25,088 nucleotides of DNA from Promethearchaeota archaeon (GTDB taxonomy: Archaea; Asgardarchaeota; Lokiarchaeia; Sigyniarchaeales; SOKP01), in contig JBHLON010000043.1 in the NCBI GenBank assembly GCA_048940445.1, positions 1 through 25,088 of the forward strand, in the 5' to 3' direction. Numbering within the stretch: position 1 is the first letter of the stretch; every line of letters starts with the position of its first letter. The translations under genes were made by a program, and so were the position numbers. Of the stretch, positions 1 to 9,035 are shown in pieces. The notes below the pieces were generated by a model. That model searched no databases. It was given only the letters and a program-made list of their open reading frames with translations, and was not told the DNA's origin.

Positions 1-593
1 TGATATCCAGAAGCTGCATCTCTTTCACGAGAACTAGAGATTGCTGTTTTGATTAATTCAATTCCGGCATTTGGAGTTATATTAGGTTTCCAATCTGCTT
101 CTAAAACACCTAGTGAAAAAGGACCTCCAGAACCAAAAGCAATGAAATTTTCTTCTTCAAAAAGGGTTCCTAGTAAATCTACTCCATATAATTTACCTTT
201 TTTTTCTTTTAATGAAAATCCACCAATAATCATCATCGCGAGATAAAATGATCTTCCACTAAACAAAATGTTTCGAGTTACACTAGCGATATATTTAGGT
301 TCAGGAATTTTCTCTTCTTCTACTTGTTTTAATCTTGAAAATGCCTTTAATTGATTAACAATATATTGACAATCAGCAACACCACCAGATATAGTAGCAC
401 AAGTATAATCATTTATTTTAAATAGTTTTTGGGCAGTTTTTGTGGCTACGGTATAACCCGCAGTAGCTTGAGACTCAGTTCCAACTATTACGCCATCTTT
501 TACAATAATTCCAACAGTTGTAGTGCTCGATTTTATTATTCTTTTTAAAGAATCCTTATCTATATCTAATTTATTTGAAATATTTTCCATCAT
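1..593 (-). CDS. psmB: Proteasome beta subunit (3' end runs off the window; not in the ORF track)
   Basis: Manual translation gives MMENISNKLDIDKDSLKRIIKSS/TTTVGIIVKDGVIVGTESQATAGYTVATKTAQKLFKINDYTCATISGGVADCQ...FGSGGPFSLGVLE...RERDAASGY. Thr1, Glu17, Lys33, GSG and RDxxSG are present. An alternative in-frame GTG start lies at 620. Confidence 0.95.
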   Translation of the reverse strand, partial: MMENISNKLDIDKDSLKRIIKSSTTTVGIIVKDGVIVGTESQATAGYTVATKTAQKLFKINDYTCATISGGVADCQYIVNQLKAFSRLKQVEEEKIPEPKYIASVTRNILFSGRSFYLAMMIIGGFSLKEKKGKLYGVDLLGTLFEEENFIAFGSGGPFSLGVLEADWKPNITPNAGIELIKTAISSSRERDAASGY

Positions 594-756
594 TTTTTTA
601 ACAGAAATATTTTGATTCACTGATAAACTAAAGATTATATTTTATAAATTAATTTTGTGTATATTTATTTTTCTTTTACAGATTATAAACATTTAAACAC
701 AAAAATTTTAAAGAAAGCATTTACTTTACAACTTACTAATCTAATTATGGTTTAGT

Positions 757-1134
757 ATGGCTCGATCTCAAGCAAGATCAAAAAGAAGATATACCGGAAA
801 AAAATATAAATATTTTAAAAAGAAGAGAAAAAGAGAATTAGAACGTCCTCCTATTGAAACCTATATTGGAGATGAAAAAAAGAAAAATCAAAGAACATTG
901 GGAGGTAATCAAAAATTGAAACTATTCTCATCCCTATATATAAATGTTACAAATCCCAATGATAATAAAACCTCCAAAGTAAGAATTTTAAGATTTGATA
1001 GTAACAATGCCTCAAAAGATTACAATCGTAGGCATATTTTGACAAAAGGTGCGGTTGTTGAAACCGAATTAGGAAAAGTGAAAATCACTTCTCGACCTGG
1101 TCAACATGGAGTTTTAAATGGAGTAATAGTCTAA
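757..1134 (+). CDS. rps8e: 30S ribosomal protein S8e
   Basis: RSKRRYTG, RKRELER, RTLGGNQK, ILTKGAVVET and ITSRPGQHGVLNG motifs of eS8. Confidence 0.97.
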   Translation: MARSQARSKRRYTGKKYKYFKKKRKRELERPPIETYIGDEKKKNQRTLGGNQKLKLFSSLYINVTNPNDNKTSKVRILRFDSNNASKDYNRRHILTKGAVVETELGKVKITSRPGQHGVLNGVIV

Positions 1135-1158
1135 TTTGGATGTAATAATTAAATTTTA

Positions 1159-1536
1159 TTAGATCATAGCCTCATTTTTCAAAAGTTTTGATTGATAATA
1201 TTACAATCCATCAAGGAAGTTATCAGAAGGTAATTTTCGTAAGGTTTCAATCGAGAACCATTTTAAGTCTCCTTCCCATTCATTTATCAGATGGAAAAGT
1301 CTCATTTGGACTAAAAATATAATACTAGCTTACAGTTGCAAAAATAAGAAACACAATTGATATGATCTCCCATCCCCTTAATATTGTCATTAGAAAAACT
1401 TGACTTTAGTGATATTCAGATTTCTTCAAATAACTTATGTCTGAAGACGATTAAAGGCAGTTCATTTAAATCATCAAATTCTAATATTCCACTTGAAATA
1501 TTTATCGTTCCAGGAAATAACTCTGCATCAAAAGCT
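1159..1536 (-). pseudogene. Probable degraded Nudix hydrolase remnant
   Basis: Minus-strand fragments AFDAELFPGTINISSGILEFDDLNELPLIVFRHKLFEEI*I (Nudix-box-like, with TGA where Gly is expected) and NEWEGDLKWFSIETLRKLP, separated by stops and frameshifts. Confidence 0.4.
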
Positions 1537-1604
1537 TATTGCTAATTAAGATGCAGGAAAATTAAAGTTTCTCTTATTATCACTCCTATTTATTCTTGTT
1601 AAAG

Positions 1605-2009
1605 TTAGATTCCCAATATTTTTTTTGTCCATGAAGATTTAAGAAACATGGTTGCTATGCCAAAATAATCCTTAAGTGTTATCTCTTGAGAATTACCCTC
1701 TAAAAATAATAAGGTTTTTCCTTTATCATCTCGTATTTCTCCCTTTTCCATGAAGAATTCAAATATTGGACCGCTATCGACACATAGTTTCGAATCTAGA
1801 ATAAATGCTGCTTGATCACCGCTATATATAAAAATATCATTATGTTCATCAAGTCTTAATAATGTAAAATTATCTGCTCTTTTAACTGTTTGATTTTCCA
1901 TATAACCTATGATTTTTTTATTTTTACTTAAAAAGTTTTTTCCATCAAAATATCCTATTAATCTATGTCTTTTATTAAAAATTTTCATCATTGTTTTAAT
2001 CAACTCCAT
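1605..2009 (-). CDS. Hypothetical protein with short beta-hairpin repeats (beta-flower/LURP-like)
   Basis: Repeated units IFNKRHRLIGYF, FLSKNKKIIGYM, IFIYSGDQAAFI and IRDDKGKTLLFL, followed by a C-terminal helix. Confidence 0.6.
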   Translation of the reverse strand: MELIKTMMKIFNKRHRLIGYFDGKNFLSKNKKIIGYMENQTVKRADNFTLLRLDEHNDIFIYSGDQAAFILDSKLCVDSGPIFEFFMEKGEIRDDKGKTLLFLEGNSQEITLKDYFGIATMFLKSSWTKKILGI

Positions 2010-2334
2010 TAAAAATTAAATATTAACACTTTTAATTAGAAATTTATAAATTTCATATAATATCTTCTTATAATTTACCCTATTCTATAGAAAAAACAAT
2101 AAGTCTCAAATTTTTGATTCTAAAGTAAAATATTTAAATGTAAATCCTAGCTTTCATAAATAAATCCACTAAATTACAAAATGGGATTTATATGGGATAC
2201 AAAACTATTTAATGAGATTGATTTTAAGAATTTTTCATAAAAAACTCCTTCAAGCACATCTAAGAGGGTTCGAATAGATAATAAAAAAGTATTTTTAACA
2301 TAGACTTTAAATCAAAATTACTTGATAAATTTTT

Positions 2335-2706
2335 TTAATCCTGAATTTTTATATTTTTAACATTTGCTTTCTTGCCCTCAATTATTTCTGTGTTTTTACT
2401 TTTACAATATTTACATTGAAATAACTGAAGTCCAGTTAGTTGAGCTTCTTCATTCAGAGTTACGGTTGATATTTTACCACACTCTCTACATTTAATTTGT
2501 CCGGGTATAATTTCTATCTTTAATTCAGCTCCTTCTGCGATTGAACCAGAGGTCGCCATCTTAAAAGACTGCTTAAGTAATTCTGGTACAATTAATGTTA
2601 GTTCTCCTATTTCCAAGTATACTTCTGTTATTTTTTTTGCATTATATTTAAAAGCAGTATTTTCAGCTATTTTGAAAATATTGTAGGCAAATGCGAATTC
2701 GTGCAT
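2335..2706 (-). CDS. hypA: Hydrogenase nickel metallochaperone HypA
   Basis: N-terminal MHE, IGELT, two CxxC motifs (CREC, CKYC) and IIEG. Confidence 0.95.
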   Translation of the reverse strand: MHEFAFAYNIFKIAENTAFKYNAKKITEVYLEIGELTLIVPELLKQSFKMATSGSIAEGAELKIEIIPGQIKCRECGKISTVTLNEEAQLTGLQLFQCKYCKSKNTEIIEGKKANVKNIKIQD

Positions 2707-2715
2707 AATATCGCT

Positions 2716-3012
2716 TTATCTTTTTGATTCTCTCCTTTTCAATTCCTTTGCTAGCTCAATTAACACTTTCGATTTTTTCTTTCCCATTGTGTTTATTAAA
2801 ATCCTTCCAGGTTCCTCCCACCATGCTCTCGAATACTTATATTGTTTCTCATGTTGAGCGTCATATCCTAAATTCTTTGCAGCATTATATAGATCATTGG
2901 AATGTACTTTTTCTATAGCAAATTTTCGAGGTACACGCCTTCCTTCTGCTCTAGTTTTCTTTAAATCAAAATATTGTGGCCAAAAAATTGTATAAGGTTT
3001 TCGAGAACGCAT
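2716..3012 (-). CDS. srp19: Signal recognition particle protein Srp19
   Basis: IFWPQYFD..KTRAEGRRVP, KYSRAWW..GRI and KSKVL motifs. Confidence 0.95.
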   Translation of the reverse strand: MRSRKPYTIFWPQYFDLKKTRAEGRRVPRKFAIEKVHSNDLYNAAKNLGYDAQHEKQYKYSRAWWEEPGRILINTMGKKKSKVLIELAKELKRRESKR

Positions 3013-3201
3013 GAAAAAATCAATATTGGTTTATGTTAAAAAACTTACTAAATTTAAAAACCCTCTAAAGAATTTAAAAATTATTAGTACTAATTATAAA
3101 GATAATTAAACATAAATAGAATTTAAGATTTTTACTTATAACAAGTTAATTTGAAGCTAATATACACTATAAATCCTGGAAATTAAAGTCCTTTTAATGA
3201 T

Positions 3202-3304
3202 GGGAGGGTGGTCTAGCTTGGTATGATACTCGGCTGGGGCTTGTTCTGCATTTGCAGACTTTTCGGAAGCCGAGTGGTCGGGGGTTCAATTCCCCCCTCT
3301 CCCA
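3202..3304 (+). tRNA. tRNA-Pro(GGG) with a 29-nt intron at 37/38 (3240-3268)
   Basis: Acceptor GGGAGGG/CTCTCCC, anticodon stem CTCGG/CCGAG, anticodon GGG at 3236-3238, T arm GGGGG-TTCAATT-CCCCC and discriminator A. CCA is not encoded. BHB-like junctions GG^C and AA^G. Confidence 0.93.
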
Positions 3305-3441
3305 TTTATGAGAGAGAAATTAATCATAAGTACTTCTACTAAAATTGATTTTTATTAAATAAAGGATTCTCAAAATAAATTTTTAAATAAATTTTCTAGT
3401 TATATCATAGAATTCAATTATAAAAAAGAGGGAGGAAAAGA

Positions 3442-3736
3442 ATGAGGAAATTTAAAGAAACTGAAAAAACTACTAGAATTTCATCTATTATTAGAGGTAT
3501 TGTAGCATTTTATAAATTCCGTTGTATTAGTTATAGGAGTACAAGTTTTCGATTTATGATTTATTATGTTTAACATTACTTTTGTACTATCTACGTTGGC
3601 AATTTTTTTAGGGATTAAATCAATTAGATATACTTCTGTGTATTTATATACTATTGGAGTAGCAATATTTTTACTAATTATATTTCGGGGGGTATAATAA
3701 TAATGGGTACTACAATTGGATATTATTGGGGCATGA
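3442..3736 (+). pseudogene. Frameshifted/nonsense paralog of the downstream 99-aa membrane protein
   Basis: GGAGG precedes ATG3442. MRKFKETEKTTRISSIIRGIVA aligns to MSEIQESDVGMRVFAIIGGIVS. After a frameshift and TGA (3557-3559), LAIFLGIKSIRY aligns to LAIILGIRPIQY. Confidence 0.8.
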
Positions 3737-3918
3737 TAATAGACAGCAACCCATAATTAGAAATTAATAATTTAATATTAGTTGTAAGAGAGGTTTATAT
3801 GCCTTAATAATTATATTTTTAATAATTTAAAATTTTAATTTATTGATTGCTATAATTTTTTAAATGCATTTATTTTATTGTTTAATTAAAAGCATTATTT
3901 TGAGAAAGTGAAATTGTT

Positions 3919-4218
3919 ATGAGTGAAATTCAAGAATCCGATGTTGGTATGCGAGTTTTTGCTATAATTGGGGGAATTGTCTCAATTATCGAGTCAATTT
4001 TAATATTTATGGGAATTGGTTTAATGCCTTATAACTTTGGTATAATCGGAGGTATTTTATCATTGATTTTTGCTATTTTAGCAATAATTTTGGGTATAAG
4101 ACCAATTCAATACGCACCTACCTTCATCGCGGTGTTAGGAATTGGTCTAATTATATGTGCAGCTTTAATTGGAGGTATTCTTGTATTGCTTTCCGCCTTT
4201 TTGGGAGCTATAAGTTAA
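3919..4218 (+). CDS. Small hydrophobic membrane protein (3-4 TM)
   Basis: Almost entirely hydrophobic and Gly-rich; has a degraded copy upstream. Confidence 0.8.
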   Translation: MSEIQESDVGMRVFAIIGGIVSIIESILIFMGIGLMPYNFGIIGGILSLIFAILAIILGIRPIQYAPTFIAVLGIGLIICAALIGGILVLLSAFLGAIS

Positions 4219-4330
4219 TGTTTTAAATTAAATTTTTTTTAATTTTTAAACGGTTATTTTATTATAGCTCAATAATTGAGTTAAAATAAGATAGAGAAAA
4301 AAATTAGCATATATTTACTTAAGTATCTTT

Positions 4331-5167
4331 ATGAGGAAGCCAAGAGAGTTGAAAATAAATTCGAAGGTCAAATTAAATAATGAAACCGAGATACCTATTT
4401 TAGGTTTGGGAACTTGGAGTTTGTTAGGAAAACAGGTAAAGAAAGCTATCTTATGGGCTTTAGATACTGGATATAGATTATTTGACACAGCTACTATTTA
4501 TGAAAATGAAAAGGAGATAGGTGAAGCTCTTAAAATTTCAGAAATCCCTAGAGAAGAAATATTTATAACTACAAAGGTTTGGAAAAGTGATCATGGATAT
4601 ACTAACACTTTAAGGGCATTCGAAAAAAGTCTTAAAAGTCTAGGTCTTGATTATATTGACTTGTATCTAATACATTGGCCTGATTCTGAACTTCGAAATG
4701 AAACATGGAAGGCTCTTGAGAAAATTTACAGTGAAGGGAAAGCAAGAGCAATTGGAGTTAGTAATTATACAATTCGGCATTTAAAGGAGCTTTTAGAAAT
4801 TGCTTCTTATATTCCTGTTGTAAATCAAGTGGAGTTTTCACCTTTTTTATATCAAAAAGATTTGTTTAATTTTTGCAAAGGACATAAAATTGTGATTGAA
4901 GCGTATTCTCCCCTTACAAGAAGGAGGCGATTTGATAATAATATTTTGATTGAGCTTGCTCAAAAATATAGTAAAACAGTTCCACAGATTTTAATTCGAT
5001 GGGGATTACAACATGAAGTTATTGAGATTCCGAAATCAGGTAATAAAGAGCATATTCAACAGAATACAGAAATATTTGATTTTGAAATAAGTGATGATGA
5101 TATGTCCCAACTTGATAATTTAAACGATCAGTTTCGTATTGGGGATGACCCACATTTTATGGATTAG
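4331..5167 (+). CDS. Aldo/keto reductase
   Basis: LGLGTW, FDTATIY, ITTKVW, YLIHWP, IGVSNY, NQVEFSP and IPKS motifs; catalytic D/Y/K/H tetrad present. Confidence 0.95.
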   Translation: MRKPRELKINSKVKLNNETEIPILGLGTWSLLGKQVKKAILWALDTGYRLFDTATIYENEKEIGEALKISEIPREEIFITTKVWKSDHGYTNTLRAFEKSLKSLGLDYIDLYLIHWPDSELRNETWKALEKIYSEGKARAIGVSNYTIRHLKELLEIASYIPVVNQVEFSPFLYQKDLFNFCKGHKIVIEAYSPLTRRRRFDNNILIELAQKYSKTVPQILIRWGLQHEVIEIPKSGNKEHIQQNTEIFDFEISDDDMSQLDNLNDQFRIGDDPHFMD

Positions 5168-5175
5168 ACCTATAA

Positions 5176-6030
5176 TTATCTTACTTGACTGAAAGCCATA
5201 TTTAAAGCACCAATTATTTCTGAAAGTTTTCCTACTCTGGAGGTATCTACAATGATATAATCTAAACCCATATAGATGGCCCCATAAGCGTTTCCTCCAC
5301 CTAAATGGACTAATGTTCGATATATTAAATTCCCCGATATTCCATCTGGAGCAATAATTAAATTTGATTGATTTTTAATAGCAAGTTCTATTAATATTTG
5401 ATTATGTTCGATAACCAAATGAGAATATTTTTTTTTAAAATATTGTACTATTTTTTCAGCCGTTTCGATTGTTTTGTCAACATAATCATCGCGTCCAACA
5501 TCATTTAGCCTTCCTCCACTTAAAACACTAATCCTTGGTTCAATATTTAGAGACTTAAAGTAAGTAATTGCATTTTCAATAAAGTGGCGTTTACTTTGAA
5601 AGTCATTACATTCATCAATTCCTACAGGTCCAAAAAAAAATTGTTTTTGATCGAAAGTCTCCAGTAAGGCTAATCGATTAATTTCTCCAATGTGTAACTG
5701 ACTTTTTACATTCTTTAAAAAGTTATTTGAACTAAGATTTCCCCTTATTACGGCATTGATGTAATTTTTCTTTAAATATTCTATTATTATTTTTTCAGGT
5801 TCAATACTTTCAATAAATTTACAAACACTCGTTGAAATTGATTTTTCTTTTAAGAGATACGAAATTGCGCTCTTCGTACCAAACAAATAAATTGTACATT
5901 GATTCTTGATCGAAAAATCTTCAATAGCCGATAAAATTTTTAAATTGTGAAGCAGGTCATTTCCGAGACCAATTCCGAGATTGGCTATTTTCCCCTCGGT
6001 TTTTGATTTAAACAAATCCAAAAAATTCAT
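5176..6030 (-). CDS. MtxX/Mmp4-like protein (phosphate acyltransferase-like fold)
   Basis: AVIRGNL, RLALLE, GPVGIDE, VLSGGR..DVGR, APDGISGNLIYRTL and VDTSR motifs typical of the MtxX family. ATG6030 is preferred over the overlapping 6063 start. Confidence 0.8.
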   Translation of the reverse strand: MNFLDLFKSKTEGKIANLGIGLGNDLLHNLKILSAIEDFSIKNQCTIYLFGTKSAISYLLKEKSISTSVCKFIESIEPEKIIIEYLKKNYINAVIRGNLSSNNFLKNVKSQLHIGEINRLALLETFDQKQFFFGPVGIDECNDFQSKRHFIENAITYFKSLNIEPRISVLSGGRLNDVGRDDYVDKTIETAEKIVQYFKKKYSHLVIEHNQILIELAIKNQSNLIIAPDGISGNLIYRTLVHLGGGNAYGAIYMGLDYIIVDTSRVGKLSEIIGALNMAFSQVR

Positions 6031-6034
6031 GCAA

Positions 6035-7102
6035 CTAACCAATACTAAAGTAAATATAAGCAATTATTATTGTTAATGCATTATAAAATCCATGTGTTAT
6101 AACTACCGCAATTAAATTCTCTTTTCTCCAATAAAACAATAAGCCTAAGAGAAGTGAAATGGCAAAATAAGGGAAGAAATTAAGTAAGAAAGATATTAAG
6201 TACTCGATTGGAGCACTATAAGCTGTTACAAATATACCAATTAGGTGGATAAATGAAAAGACAATTGCTGTTATAATAATCCCACCTACTTTTCCAATAC
6301 TCCTTACCAATCCTTTTTGCATAAATCCTCTAAACAGTATTTCTTCAGATGGACCTATTATTACTATCATTGTTATGATTAGCAATATTATAGCTAATAC
6401 GTCTGAATTAGCAATAATTACATCTACTTCATTTAATGAACCTCCAGCAGAGTATACGATGTCTATTCCAAAAATTAATTCTAAAAAGAGTTGAATAAGT
6501 ATTGAAACAAAAAAGACTAAAAAGAAAGCTACAATAGCGAACCCTAAACCAATAAAAACTTCTTTCATAATTCTGGAGGTACTATAGCCTCTAGTAGTAA
6601 ATCCCAAAAGAGCAAAGCGGTTGCTTATTTTAGAATTTTGAAGATATTTTCCAATATACAAAATTGGTACCAACATAAATATTAATTCAATAAATGAAGA
6701 AAAAATTACAAAATATGGATTTAAGATAATATTAACTAGATCATCTAAGTTTGCTACTGATAACATAAAGAAAAATGTAATAATTAAAGCTATGAAATTC
6801 ATTAGAATAAAAGCAGCTATTGGAATTCCTATTGATACTAGACTACTCCAAAGTTTCTTTTCACCCAGATCCAATATTTCAATTTCAGATATTTTTATAA
6901 AATCTCGTCTTTTATAATAAAAAGGTTGAACTATTTGCGTATTGGATAATTTTGAACTCATTGTATACTTAAAGGTTTCAAAATTAAAACCGCACTTCAT
7001 ACAAAATTTCTGTTTATTTATTTCGGGTAATCTTGTCCCGCATGAAGGGCAATATATCCACTTTTTTTTATTATCTGAATTTTCTTTATTTTCTCCATTC
7101 AT
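6035..7102 (-). CDS. Zn-ribbon-fused CPBP (Rce1/CAAX protease-like) intramembrane glutamic protease
   Basis: N-terminal CPSC...CMKC; multiple TM helices; EEILFRG, FSFIH and HGFYN motifs. Confidence 0.9.
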   Translation of the reverse strand: MNGENKENSDNKKKWIYCPSCGTRLPEINKQKFCMKCGFNFETFKYTMSSKLSNTQIVQPFYYKRRDFIKISEIEILDLGEKKLWSSLVSIGIPIAAFILMNFIALIITFFFMLSVANLDDLVNIILNPYFVIFSSFIELIFMLVPILYIGKYLQNSKISNRFALLGFTTRGYSTSRIMKEVFIGLGFAIVAFFLVFFVSILIQLFLELIFGIDIVYSAGGSLNEVDVIIANSDVLAIILLIITMIVIIGPSEEILFRGFMQKGLVRSIGKVGGIIITAIVFSFIHLIGIFVTAYSAPIEYLISFLLNFFPYFAISLLLGLLFYWRKENLIAVVITHGFYNALTIIIAYIYFSIG

Positions 7103-7137
7103 ATTTATTCGATATCATTAATTCCGTATCATTATAA

Positions 7138-8898
7138 TTAATGTGTAAAATAGCAAAATAATTTGCTATTTACTCTTTTTGTTGGATTTACAAATCCATA
7201 TCTCTCAAATTGGATGGTTTTATTTAAAGGAATATCTAATAAGTTGATTTCTCCATAACCTTTTGAGATTAAACCATCTGGTTTTAAGATCGATACATCC
7301 ACATGTTCCTCTTTAGGGACCCATTGGATAATGGGATAGTCTCTATTTAATTTCAAACTATGATATTGACATTTAATTTTCATACGATCTAAATGGAGAG
7401 ATTTAATTCTAATATTCATTAAATCTTTTAATCGAATTATATCTTTTGGTAATAAATTTTTAGCATCATTTAGTGATATGTAGATAAAAAGTTTTCCATT
7501 TTTGGCTTTACCTCTAACTTGTCTTGTACCTTTTTCTGGATTTGAAGGTAATAGTAAAGGTTCAGCACAATATTCTAAGAAAGGAACCTCTGAAATCTCC
7601 ATCAAAACTGGAGTTTCTACATAAAAGTATCTATCTGAAATTTCATCAATAATATCTTTATTTTTCGAGTATAGCCAATCAACGTCGAATGTGATACCCG
7701 ATAATGACATCCCTAAATCAAATAATGCTTCTCGTAACGCTTCTGGTCTAATTCCTCTTTTCGCAAGAGATTGGAGACTCCATGTTCTTGGATCATCCCA
7801 CCCATCAAATATTCCCTTTTCTATATTATTTCTTGCTTCTGTTTTACTTAATTTCATGTCAGGAAATCTTATCTTACCATAATGCAAGAATTCTGCTTTC
7901 TTCCATTTGAACTGATCCCAAATGAAATTCTCGATAAAATCCTCTTTTACTAAATCTACTCCTCTGAGAACATGTGTAATTCCGATAAGATAATCATCAA
8001 TCGCCCAAGAGAATTCCAGCATGGGCCATACTACATACTTTTTTCCTACTCTAGGATGTTCTGCTTCAGAAATTCTCATTATAATTTGATCTCTTAGGGC
8101 TGGATCTTTTTGCTCCATACCCGTTTTTAATCTTACTACGGCTTCGCCTTCCTTGTACTCTTTTTGGAGCATTTTATTCCATTCTTTTAAATTCTTTTCT
8201 GGAGTTTGATTTCTGTGGGGGCATGGAATTTTTCGATTCTTATATTTTTGTTTAAAAACGTCTGCTAGGCAAAAGCAAACATAAGCAAGGTTATGTTTTA
8301 TTAATTTTTCACAATATTCATAAAAGATTTCAAGTCTTTCACTTTTATAATAAACTTTTGAATAATTGACTCCCAACCATTTTAATCCTTCTTCAATTAA
8401 GTTGTATGCTTCAGGAATTACAAATTTTGCCTTTGGACTTTCTCTCAACGATTTAGGACTTCCTATTGTGTCATCAAAAACTAATATTAATTCACCTTGA
8501 TATCTTTTAACATATTCATCATTTAAAACAACCATTCTAGCATTTCCAATATGTAATGCTCCACTGGGATATGGTGCTAGACGCATAATCACTTTACGAT
8601 AACTATTTACATTTGGTAATTCTGGTAATTCTTTTTCCTTCTCTTTTGATTCCTTTTTATCTAACGCATTAGGATCCAATTTTAATAATTCTTTTATTTG
8701 TTGCTCAATACTTATACTCGATATTTTTTCAATAACTTCATCTAAAATAGGATTTATCTCCTTTGCTTTGGGTCTTAAATCCTCTCTTTGTGCCATTAAT
8801 TTTCCCATAACTGCCTTTTTATTGGGTTTACCGTCAAATTCAACGGCATTTTTAAGGGCGTTTAACCATAAAATTTTTCTTATTTCATTATTATTCAT
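7138..8898 (-). CDS. gltX: Glutamate--tRNA ligase (archaeal type)
   Basis: RLAPYPSGALHIGN, ITHVLRG, KLSKT, GWDDPR and QFERYGF motifs. Confidence 0.97.
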   Translation of the reverse strand: MNNNEIRKILWLNALKNAVEFDGKPNKKAVMGKLMAQREDLRPKAKEINPILDEVIEKISSISIEQQIKELLKLDPNALDKKESKEKEKELPELPNVNSYRKVIMRLAPYPSGALHIGNARMVVLNDEYVKRYQGELILVFDDTIGSPKSLRESPKAKFVIPEAYNLIEEGLKWLGVNYSKVYYKSERLEIFYEYCEKLIKHNLAYVCFCLADVFKQKYKNRKIPCPHRNQTPEKNLKEWNKMLQKEYKEGEAVVRLKTGMEQKDPALRDQIIMRISEAEHPRVGKKYVVWPMLEFSWAIDDYLIGITHVLRGVDLVKEDFIENFIWDQFKWKKAEFLHYGKIRFPDMKLSKTEARNNIEKGIFDGWDDPRTWSLQSLAKRGIRPEALREALFDLGMSLSGITFDVDWLYSKNKDIIDEISDRYFYVETPVLMEISEVPFLEYCAEPLLLPSNPEKGTRQVRGKAKNGKLFIYISLNDAKNLLPKDIIRLKDLMNIRIKSLHLDRMKIKCQYHSLKLNRDYPIIQWVPKEEHVDVSILKPDGLISKGYGEINLLDIPLNKTIQFERYGFVNPTKRVNSKLFCYFTH

Positions 8899-9035
8899 GA
8901 ATAAAGATCATCTAAACAATGCATTAACAATTTTAATTATATCAAATTATATAATTTTCAAAGAAATAATTCTTTTAACAATTTTTAAATAATATTAATA
9001 AAATATTTGAGCATTTTAAAATACTATTTTAAGTT

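Noticed and set aside
49-246. 65-aa plus-strand ORF
   Set aside because: Antisense shadow of psmB.
1416-1418. In-frame TGA codons (here, 3557-3559 and 25029-25031) as selenocysteine, since Lokiarchaeia use Sec
   Set aside because: None aligns to a Cys position, each is accompanied by other stops or frameshifts, and no convincing SECIS was seen.
2260-2280. GGGTTCGAAT resembling a tRNA T-loop
   Set aside because: No complementary T stem or acceptor stem.
3305-3918. Integrated element at the tRNA-Pro 3' end
   Set aside because: No integrase and no repeated tRNA 3' (att) sequence noticed in the window.
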